Source: Jaaginema sp. PMC 1080.18
GTDB taxonomy: Bacteria; Cyanobacteriota; Cyanobacteriia; Cyanobacteriales; Spirulinaceae
Direction: 5' to 3'
NCBI GenBank assembly: GCA_035968055.1
Contig: JAWQFT010000041.1
Location: forward strand, 4,241-28,240
Length of the DNA stretch: 24,000 nt
Positions 15,169 to 22,658 of this stretch are shown piece after piece. The position numbers and the translations under genes were made by a program. The notes under the pieces are model-generated. The model made no database searches. It was given only the letters and a program-made list of their open reading frames with translations, and was not told the DNA's origin. Within the stretch, counting starts at the first letter, position 1; each line of letters opens with the position of its first letter.

Positions 15169-15206
15169 AACTGATGACTGTTTACTGATAACTGATAACT
15201 GAAAAA
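15169..15206. repeat. AACTGAT-family heptamer array abutting the ATG at 15207
   Basis: AACTGAT GACTGTT TACTGAT AACTGAT AACTGAAAAA followed directly by ATG. Confidence 0.85.
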
Positions 15207-15623
15207 ATGCGTCTTCCTGAAGAAAATGAAACCCCGTTAAACATCAATTTAGTATCAATGATTGATGTGATTTTTGCAATTTTAGCTGTATTTATTGTTG
15301 CCAGTTTGTTTTTAACGCGATCGCAAGGTTTGGAAGTCAATCTTCCTCAAGCTACAACTGTCGCGACTCAAGAAAATCTCGATCTCACCGTTACCATTAC
15401 CGCAGATGGAGAAATTTCTCTGAATCGTCAACCTGTTATTTTGGATGATTTAGCGGTAGCAATTCAACAAGAAATTAAAAATCCGTCTCAGATTAATTTA
15501 GTTACGATTAATGCCGACGAAGCCGTGAGTCACGGACGAGTAGTAGCGGTGATGGATCGCTTGCGACAAGTTGATAATATTAAATTGGCGATCGCGGCAC
15601 AGAAAGAAGCAATTTCTGATTAG
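15207..15623 (+). CDS. ExbD/TolR family biopolymer transport protein
   Basis: 138 aa. INLVSMIDVIFAILAVFIV TM, then LEVNLPQA..., then a periplasmic domain ending in ...ADEAVSHGRVVAVMDRL. It immediately follows the ExbB/TolQ-like gene. Confidence 0.88.
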   Translation: MRLPEENETPLNINLVSMIDVIFAILAVFIVASLFLTRSQGLEVNLPQATTVATQENLDLTVTITADGEISLNRQPVILDDLAVAIQQEIKNPSQINLVTINADEAVSHGRVVAVMDRLRQVDNIKLAIAAQKEAISD

Positions 15624-15690
15624 AAAGTAGGTGTTAACCTTCACCCCAAAATCCTCTCTCGCGGTAGAAGGGCTTATTTTTTAAGATGAA

Positions 15691-15743
15691 ATAACTGACT
15701 AACAACCAATAACCAACAACCAACAACTAATAACTAATAACTA
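15691..15743. repeat. AACCAAC-family heptamer array abutting/overlapping the stop of the 345-aa minus-strand gene
   Basis: TAACAAC CAATAAC CAACAAC CAACAAC TAATAAC TAATAAC TA. On the minus strand this reads TAG-TTATTAGTTATTAGTTGTTGGTTGTTGG. Confidence 0.85.
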
Positions 15744-16778
15744 CTGAGAATTTTGTTGAGCATATTGTAAATTGGGTTGATATTCTGTGGCTTTTTGTTG
15801 GGCTGTGGCATACTGAATGTGAGTGACAGGAACGGCTTGCATCCAGGCGATCGCGCTTTTCCAGGTTTCAGCAACGATTTGCCATTCTTGAGAAGTTTGG
15901 GCGGTTTGAGCTAGTTGAGAAGCTTTTGTTGCTTGATTAACGGCTTCGGTAAAAGGGTCTTGTTGGGCTGTTGCTGTGGTTTGAGAAACGGCGACAGAGA
16001 CGGGTTTGGGTTGTAAGAAGTTATAGATATTGATTGCTAAGAAAATGCTACAGGTAAATAAGGGAATAATCGAGAAATAAAGTAAGTATTTGAATTTTTT
16101 AGGAGACTTGAAACGACGAGAATTTGTCCGAGTTGAATCTTGGATCGTTGGGGTTGGGTTTTGTCCTGTTGTTAAGTCATTTAAGAGGGTATCTAGGGCA
16201 ACATCGCGGGTAACATCGGTGGGCTGTGCAGAGTGCGATCGCGTTTTGGGGCGTTTCTTTTTATGCCAAATAAATTCGAGTTGATACAGATATAAAGCGG
16301 CGACAAACCACACTGTTGCTAGTAATGTCAGGAATTTTTCTGCGGCTGCGGTGTTAGTAAAATAAGCTGAACCGTTGTAGAACAAAGTATGACTTTCTTC
16401 GTAGAAAGGAGTCACCAAAAAAGCCGCAATGATTGTTGCCAGGAAAATGATAACGATAGCGCAAGCCCCTTCCCACAAACTTTGAGGACTGGGTAGCCAT
16501 TGAGGATAATTTTGGGGGGATTTTCCGACTAAGAAATGATGGCTATAAGCGTAAAGCAAGATGGCTGTTAAAAAGGCTAAACCGACGTAGCGAACTAAAT
16601 GGGTAATGTCGTCGGTAATAGCGGTAATAATAAAGCCCCAAAAACCAGCAATGCGAACTAAAATTACCAATGCTGCGAAAAAGAAAACCAGCACAATGGC
16701 ACGAATCCAAGAACTGGGATAGGGAATCCAAGCGGGTAATTCAAACTTGTTTTTGGGAGAGGGAGGAGAAGTTGTCAT
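15741..16778 (-). CDS. Hypothetical multi-pass membrane protein with a Q/A/T-rich C-terminal soluble domain
   Basis: 345-aa ORF. About 5 TM helices in aa 20-175, a basic linker, one further TM (YLLYFSIIPLFTCSIFLAINIY), and a C-terminal ..EWQIVAETWKSAIAWMQAVPV..YATAQQKATEYQPNLQYAQQ module. No family recognised. Confidence 0.7.
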   Translation of the reverse strand: MTTSPPSPKNKFELPAWIPYPSSWIRAIVLVFFFAALVILVRIAGFWGFIITAITDDITHLVRYVGLAFLTAILLYAYSHHFLVGKSPQNYPQWLPSPQSLWEGACAIVIIFLATIIAAFLVTPFYEESHTLFYNGSAYFTNTAAAEKFLTLLATVWFVAALYLYQLEFIWHKKKRPKTRSHSAQPTDVTRDVALDTLLNDLTTGQNPTPTIQDSTRTNSRRFKSPKKFKYLLYFSIIPLFTCSIFLAINIYNFLQPKPVSVAVSQTTATAQQDPFTEAVNQATKASQLAQTAQTSQEWQIVAETWKSAIAWMQAVPVTHIQYATAQQKATEYQPNLQYAQQNSQ

Positions 16779-16963
16779 GGGTTGATGCGATCGCGAGACT
16801 CAAATCGACAGCTTTACAATACACCGAAATAACACCTCAAAACTTCCGTAAAAATACATAAATCCACACTTCTGTTTCTCGCAATACCGAAAATATACGA
16901 AAGACAAAAATAGTCGCGGTGTCGCAATATCTCGCTTTAGCTACAGACAATTCAAAGCCCTTA

Positions 16964-19900
16964 TTAGCAAGATGAATAAAAATTGGGAGTAATCCAACCT
17001 TGGGCTGCTTCAGGAGAAAGCGCACTAGAGAAATAATAGCCTTGAGCGCGATCGCAGCCAAATTCCCGCATGGCTTGTCGTTGGGCTTCAGTTTCAACTC
17101 CTTCGGCGATCGCCACTGCCCCCAAGTTTCGCGCTAACATAACGATGGAGCGAGCGATTTCTGATTTGCCGATACTGCCATCCCAATCCTGAAGAAAGGC
17201 GCTGTCAATTTTGAACATATCAATAGTGACGCTGTGGAGATCGCTCAAACAAGAATAACCTCTGCCAAAGTCGTCAATGCAAATTTTGACTCCTAATTGT
17301 CGCAGTTGAGCAATACGAATTTTGGTTGCATCGGCATTTTTGATCCACAAATTTTCAGAAATATCAAAACAGAGATACTGGCAATCAATTGCAATATCTG
17401 TACAGACGGCTTGGATTTGTTCGAGAAGATCGGGCTGTAAAAACTGTTTGGCTGAAAGGTTGATATGCAGTAGTAGTGGTTGTGCCGTATTTTGGGCTTC
17501 AAAGGCTTGCAACTGCTGGCAGGCTTTTTTGAGCATCCAACGGGCGATCGCGACGGTGACACCGCTTTCTTCGGCTATAGAGAGAAAATCTTTGGGGTAT
17601 ATCTCCCCATGACGGGGATGTTGCCAGCGCAGTAAAGCTTCAAACCCGATAAGGGCTTTGGTTTTGAGATCGACAATCGGTTGATAAGCGATTTTGAATT
17701 CATTACGGTTTAAGGCTTGCCGTAAATCGGTTTCGAGTTGCAACAAGGCGGTGGAGTTTTGCTGCATTTGGGTGTTAAATATCTCATAACGCCCTTTGCC
17801 TAAAGATTTGGCGCGGTATAAGGCGGTGTCGGCATCTCGGAGGAGATCGTCGGGATTTTGGTAATGACTTTGAGCCGCTTTATCGGTGGGGAGGTTGCGA
17901 CTGAGGACAATGCCAATGCTAACGCCGATATACACTTCATGGTCATCCAAATTAAAGGCAACGTTCAGAGCTTGATTAATGCGATCGGCAATGTAAGTAG
18001 CGGTGTCGAGGTTGGAGACATCTTCGAGTAGGATAGTAAACTCATCTCCCCCCAGCCGCGCTACAGTGTCGTGTTCGCGCAGACAGTTTTCAAGGCGACG
18101 AGCGACATTGATGAGGAGGCGATCGCCCACTAAATGCCCCAAACTATCATTGACTAGCTTAAAACGATCCAAGTCCAAAAACAAGACCGCAAATTGATAA
18201 GGTGGATCGATCCCCTGACTTTCTTCTTTTTGAGCGCGATCGAAAGCGTCAGCAAGACGAGACTGAAATAAAGCGCGATTGGGCAATCCCGTCAAAGGGT
18301 CGTAAAATGCCCGCAGGTGTAGCTGTTCTTTGACTTGCTTGTGTTCGGTAATATCTTCTACCATACCCTCGTAGTACAGTAGCGTACCATCGACATCCCG
18401 TACAGTCCTGGCACTTTCCCGAATCCAAATTGCCGTACCATCCCGACGATAAATTTGCGACTCGAAGTTTTTGACTGCACCGTGAGTTTGCATGAGTTGG
18501 ATAAACTGATGGCGTTGCTGCGGTTCGACGTACAGTTGGTGTTCGATATCCGTCAAAGAAGCCATCAAATCCTCGACGTTATCGTAGCCGTAGATGCGAG
18601 CGAGGGCGGGATTGGCGCTAAGATAGTGACCGTCTGGTGTGGTTTGAAAGATGCCTTCTAAAGCGTTTTCAAAAATACTGCGATATTTGGTTTCAGCACG
18701 CGCGAGGGCTTCTTCGTTATGTTTGCGTTCGGTAATGTCGGTAATAAAGCCTTCAATGCCGATTAAGGCTCCTGTCGTATCGTAAACGCCGTGGCCTTTT
18801 TCCCAGACCCATTTTTCGCCTTGGTTGCAGCTTTGGATGCGATATTCCAGGACATAGGCTTGCTGATTCTGGACGCGATCGCCCATAATTTTGATAACGC
18901 GATCGCGATCTTGAGGATGGATAATCTCGCTGTAGGAAACCGGATTACCCGCAATCAAGGCTGCGGCTGGGTAGCCCGTAAGTTGACTGCAACCGTCGCT
19001 AATATAGACCATAGGATAACCTTTACTGGCGTTGGCTTTAAAAAAGATGCCATCGGTGGTATTAATTAAACTAGCTAGACGACGCTCGCTTTCGCGTAAA
19101 GCAGCTTCGGTTTGTTTACGCTGGCAAACTTCCCCCAATTGACTCGCAACAATGCTCACCACATCGCTGAGATGGTAATTCAAGTCTCTAGATTCGTTGA
19201 AGAAAAAGACTAATACGGCCATCACGCGATCGCCTGCGATAATAGGTACGCCAAAGCTAGTTTTGAGTCCTGCGGTAACAGCCAGATGTTGACGCAAAAA
19301 CTTCTTAGCTCCGCGTACATCTTCAATCCATAAGGGCTTGCGGTTGAGCCAAACTTGACCGGGTAAACCCACTCCTTTGGGAAAACTAAAATCTTGGCTA
19401 TACTGATTAAACTGGCGCAAACTCCCACAATCGGCTTCGTACCAGGACTGCGTTAATAATAAAGCCGTATCCTGCTCGTTAGGAATCCACGCTTCCCCAT
19501 AAAGCCAATTCGTCGCTTGGCAGACTACTTGTAAAGTTAGCTTTAAGGCATCATCAAAGGTAGAGGCTTGACCAATGGTTCTGACTAGGGTTTGTAGCAA
19601 TTGGTTTTCCTCCTCGATCTTGCGACGCATGGTAATATCGATCATTGAGCCTTCTCGGGCCAGCAACTCCCCCGCATCCGACCACAGGCCATAACCCCTT
19701 TCCCAAATCCACTTAGGTTTGCCTTCACGAGGAAACAAACGATATTCTACGTCATAATTTTGGCGTTGCTTTAAAGCTAGGGCAATTTCTGTAATGATAC
19801 GCGATCGATCGTCGGGATGAATTAAATTTTCCAATAGGAAATGATTGTTTTCTAGCCAGTCTTCAGGGGGATAACCTGTTAAGGACAAAACTGCCTGACT

Positions 19901-20476
19901 TAGATGTTCAAATTTCCAGAAGCGATCGCCTTTGGGCTTTTTCTCTTCACATCGATAAACCACATCCGCAGAGCGATCGATTAATCTTGAAAGAGAATGA
20001 CTGTTACGCTGTAGTGCTTGTTCTATTTGTTTTTGATAAGTAATATCATAAAACGTACCAATTACCAAAAGCTCGTTATTGGTAGAAAGCAGTTGTAAAG
20101 AAACCAAACCCCACAAAGGCTTTCCTGCCAGGGTTTGTAATTTTAACTCATAATTCGTGAGAGATTGATATTGCTGTAGGGCTTGTAATAAAACCGGCCA
20201 AACACTTGCTTCAAAATAATTAGTTAAAATAGGCCTTGCTATCTCAGGATTAATCCCAAACAATAAGTCAAAATATTTATTTGTATATAAAATATGACTA
20301 TCAGCAACCCGCGCGATCGTCATCGGTACGGGAAAAGCTTGTAATAATTTCTCAAAAGGGCGATCGCTCACTGGATATTGTTGATTTTCCCTGAGTTCTA
20401 ACCAATCTAAGAGAGACTTTGCTGGCAGTTGAGAATTTGAGAAAAATACCGTTGCGTCGCGATCGCTAGGCTGCAT
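16964..20476 (-). CDS. Multidomain c-di-GMP signalling protein (PAS-PAS-GAF-PAS-PAS-GGDEF-EAL)
   Basis: 1170 aa. GGDEF motif RLGGDEF (codons at 18038-18052) with an upstream RxxD (REHD). EAL motif (17633-17641), DDFGRGYS, KIDSAF, AEGVETE, QGYYFS. PAS-type repeats (..YRCEEK..WIWERG.., ..YRIQS..WVWEKG.., ..YRRDGTAIWI..) and a GAF block. AAGGAG lies 11 nt upstream of ATG 20476. Confidence 0.94.
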   Translation of the reverse strand: MQPSDRDATVFFSNSQLPAKSLLDWLELRENQQYPVSDRPFEKLLQAFPVPMTIARVADSHILYTNKYFDLLFGINPEIARPILTNYFEASVWPVLLQALQQYQSLTNYELKLQTLAGKPLWGLVSLQLLSTNNELLVIGTFYDITYQKQIEQALQRNSHSLSRLIDRSADVVYRCEEKKPKGDRFWKFEHLSQAVLSLTGYPPEDWLENNHFLLENLIHPDDRSRIITEIALALKQRQNYDVEYRLFPREGKPKWIWERGYGLWSDAGELLAREGSMIDITMRRKIEEENQLLQTLVRTIGQASTFDDALKLTLQVVCQATNWLYGEAWIPNEQDTALLLTQSWYEADCGSLRQFNQYSQDFSFPKGVGLPGQVWLNRKPLWIEDVRGAKKFLRQHLAVTAGLKTSFGVPIIAGDRVMAVLVFFFNESRDLNYHLSDVVSIVASQLGEVCQRKQTEAALRESERRLASLINTTDGIFFKANASKGYPMVYISDGCSQLTGYPAAALIAGNPVSYSEIIHPQDRDRVIKIMGDRVQNQQAYVLEYRIQSCNQGEKWVWEKGHGVYDTTGALIGIEGFITDITERKHNEEALARAETKYRSIFENALEGIFQTTPDGHYLSANPALARIYGYDNVEDLMASLTDIEHQLYVEPQQRHQFIQLMQTHGAVKNFESQIYRRDGTAIWIRESARTVRDVDGTLLYYEGMVEDITEHKQVKEQLHLRAFYDPLTGLPNRALFQSRLADAFDRAQKEESQGIDPPYQFAVLFLDLDRFKLVNDSLGHLVGDRLLINVARRLENCLREHDTVARLGGDEFTILLEDVSNLDTATYIADRINQALNVAFNLDDHEVYIGVSIGIVLSRNLPTDKAAQSHYQNPDDLLRDADTALYRAKSLGKGRYEIFNTQMQQNSTALLQLETDLRQALNRNEFKIAYQPIVDLKTKALIGFEALLRWQHPRHGEIYPKDFLSIAEESGVTVAIARWMLKKACQQLQAFEAQNTAQPLLLHINLSAKQFLQPDLLEQIQAVCTDIAIDCQYLCFDISENLWIKNADATKIRIAQLRQLGVKICIDDFGRGYSCLSDLHSVTIDMFKIDSAFLQDWDGSIGKSEIARSIVMLARNLGAVAIAEGVETEAQRQAMREFGCDRAQGYYFSSALSPEAAQGWITPNFYSSC

Positions 20477-20777
20477 AGCTTCGACTCTCCTTTATCAATA
20501 ACTGTAACCAACTCCGAACCCAGCAGAACTTTATTCTCCAGCTTCTCAAACAACGCTCTTGCTACTGATTTTAACCAACTCATTCTCTCCCAACTAATTG
20601 AGTATTGCCAGCGTCCCGCGATCGCATAGCAAAAGCCCTATAACTTTCGGTAATCTATCACTAGGGAGTACCCTTTCTGGATTAAACTATGTTTGACTTT
20701 CTCAGAACCGTTATTTTGAATACAATTCGGTCAAACTTTCTGCGCTCTGATTGTTTTCAACCACGTCGTTTTTAAAA

Positions 20778-21656
20778 ATGATTCGTCAATATCGCTTAAC
20801 ACCCTATGTTTTTTTGCTTCCTGCTGGACTAATCCTGACAATCAGCGTCTTTTTTCCAGCTTTGCAAGCATTTTTACTGAGTTTAACTCGCTACGACCTT
20901 ATTGGCGATCCCCAATGGATTGGCTTGGAGAACTTTCAGCGTTTGTGGCAAGACCCAGTGTTTTGGCAAACTATTCGCAACACCTTATTATACTTACTGG
21001 TTGTTGTGCCTTCCTTGGCGATCTTACCTTTGGGACTGGCAATTTTGGTCAATCGCCAACTTCAGGGAATTCACTGGTTTCGGACTTTTTTTTATACCCC
21101 GGTAGCAATTTCTATGGTAGTTGCGGGTATTGCCTGGAAAGCCCTTTATTCGTCCAATGGGGTACTCAATCAAGGAGTTCAGCAACTTGGCTTCGAGACA
21201 GGGATTCCTTGGCTAACTAGCCCCCAATTCGCCCTAGGAAGCGTGATGGTGGTCACGATTTGGAAAGGCTTGGGGTACTATATGGTAATCTATCTCGCGG
21301 GCTTACAGAGCATTCCTGGGGAACTCTACGAAGCCGCAGCCCTTGACGGTTCGGAAGGTTGGCGCAAACATTGGGATATTACGATTCCTTTGATGCGTCC
21401 GTATTTGGTTTTAGTCGCAGTGATTTCGGCAATTGCGGCCACTAAAGTATTTGAGGAGGTGTATATTATGACTCAAGGCGGCCCCCTCAACAGTTCTAAA
21501 ACAGTGGTTTATTATCTTTACGAACAAGCTTTTACAAATTTAGAAATTGGCTATGGTTGTGCCATTGGTTTAGCCTTATTTCTCGTGATTTTTCTGCTGT
21601 CTTTAGTCAATCTGGCAGTTTCTCAGGGTCGCGGCTTGTATAGCAATTTGTCTTGA
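20778..21656 (+). CDS. Carbohydrate-type ABC transporter permease (MalF/UgpA-like)
   Basis: Six TM segments and an EAA-loop region ELYEAAALDGSEGWRKHWDITIPLMRP. ATG 20778 (MIRQYRLTPYVFLLPAGL..) is preferred over the track's TTG at 20751. Confidence 0.88.
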   Translation: MIRQYRLTPYVFLLPAGLILTISVFFPALQAFLLSLTRYDLIGDPQWIGLENFQRLWQDPVFWQTIRNTLLYLLVVVPSLAILPLGLAILVNRQLQGIHWFRTFFYTPVAISMVVAGIAWKALYSSNGVLNQGVQQLGFETGIPWLTSPQFALGSVMVVTIWKGLGYYMVIYLAGLQSIPGELYEAAALDGSEGWRKHWDITIPLMRPYLVLVAVISAIAATKVFEEVYIMTQGGPLNSSKTVVYYLYEQAFTNLEIGYGCAIGLALFLVIFLLSLVNLAVSQGRGLYSNLS

Positions 21657-21713
21657 ATAATGGTGTTTTAACAAGGTTTTTGTCGTCAATATTCTGGCTA
21701 GTTGTCTTTAATT

Positions 21714-22418
21714 TTACGACGATAAAGTATCGGGATTAATGCCTAATTCTTGTAGTTTTGCTAAAGCTTGGTTGAGTTTTGTTTGAGTGCGATCGCGTTC
21801 GGCCAAGGCTTCATCTCGTTCGGCCAAGGCTTCATCTCGTTCTGACATACTGGATTCCGGGTCAACGAAACAGCGATTGTCGGGATAAAATACTGCCAAA
21901 CCATCTTCAAAAAGTTCAAATCGAATCTGTAATAAAGGCGATTTCCAGGGCAAATACAAAGCTGTAATTAAAGTAAAAATATCATTGCTTTTTTCCCGTA
22001 CAAAGCCCCAAAAATCCTGGCGTTGGGGGTCGTAATAATAGCTTTCTAATACCCCATAATCTTCATAAAACTTTTGTTTTTCAGCCATTTCTCGACGGCT
22101 ATTGCTAGGAGAAAGAATCTCAAAAACCACTTGGGGAGCAATATTATTTTCCTCCCACTGTTTGTAGCTACCGCGATAGCCGCGAGGACGACCCAATACC
22201 ACCATAACATCGGGGGCTTGGCGGGGTGCAGGGGGTTGCTCGACTTCGACGGGATACCACAGCAAATCTCCAGCCACAAATGCTTCTCGGTCTTTGAGTA
22301 AATGCTTCAAATTAGTAGCCAGACGGACAATCCATTCGTACTGCTCGGTATTATCAGACATGGGCTTGCCATCCGAATCGGGATAGAGAATTTGCGAAGA
22401 TAAAGGAGCTTGAACCAT
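21714..22418 (-). CDS. Uma2 family (DUF820) putative endonuclease with a coiled-coil C-terminal extension
   Basis: 234 aa. YPDSDGKPMSDNTEQYEWI...VAGDLLWYP......PDVMVVLG...YKQWEE...PQVVFEILSPSN...KFYEDYGVLESYYYDP is the Uma2 pattern. The C-terminus carries ERDEALA ERDEALA ERD. Confidence 0.86.
   Translation of the reverse strand: MVQAPLSSQILYPDSDGKPMSDNTEQYEWIVRLATNLKHLLKDREAFVAGDLLWYPVEVEQPPAPRQAPDVMVVLGRPRGYRGSYKQWEENNIAPQVVFEILSPSNSRREMAEKQKFYEDYGVLESYYYDPQRQDFWGFVREKSNDIFTLITALYLPWKSPLLQIRFELFEDGLAVFYPDNRCFVDPESSMSERDEALAERDEALAERDRTQTKLNQALAKLQELGINPDTLSS
21796..21842. repeat. Perfect 21-bp tandem duplication inside the Uma2 coding sequence
   Basis: CGTTCGGCCAAGGCTTCATCT at 21796-21816 and 21817-21837, plus a partial CGTTC at 21838-21842. 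It is in frame and encodes the ERDEALA heptad twice. Confidence 0.95.
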
Positions 22419-22480
22419 AATTTATTTAAGCAGAGCTAGTCTAAGTTAGTACATTATAACTATTTGGCGATGACAACAAT

Positions 22481-22582
22481 TTAATTTGAATGAGAACTAA
22501 AGAAAATTGCCGCCAAAATAATTAGTCCCAGTAACATTAAAGGAACGATAAGATTAACCCAAGTCATTGAAATAGTAAGCAT
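22481..22582 (-). CDS. Tentative 33-codon hydrophobic peptide (single TM)
   Basis: Hand translation gives MLTISMTWVNLIVPLMLLGLIILAAIFFSSHSN, from ATG 22582 to TAA 22483-22481. GGAGA lies 4 nt upstream of the ATG. No family recognised, and it could be chance. Confidence 0.3.
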   Translation of the reverse strand: MLTISMTWVNLIVPLMLLGLIILAAIFFSSHSN

Positions 22583-22658
22583 TGACTCTCCATCCGGTGT
22601 AAGCTTAATCGTAGCGCGATCGCCCTTGCTGCCCATTAACTTTTATCACAACAATGGT

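Noticed and set aside
16837-17097. 86-aa minus-strand ORF overlapping the EAL-domain C-terminus
   Set aside because: It is out of frame with the 1170-aa gene, which retains EAL motifs through to its stop at 16964.
20413-20583. 56-codon minus-strand ORF (MSWLKSVARALFEKLENKVLLGSELVTVIDKGESKL...) upstream of, and overlapping, the GGDEF-EAL gene start
   Set aside because: It is out of frame with the downstream gene (offset 107 nt) and I recognise no motif. The AAGGAG inside it is better explained as the RBS for ATG 20476. A leader-peptide role cannot be excluded but is not supportable.
20691-20736. 7-bp inverted repeat GTTTGAC/GTCAAAC in the 5' region of the sugar permease gene as a regulatory structure or operator
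   Set aside because: The stem is short with a 32-nt loop, and no recognisable riboswitch or operator consensus is present.
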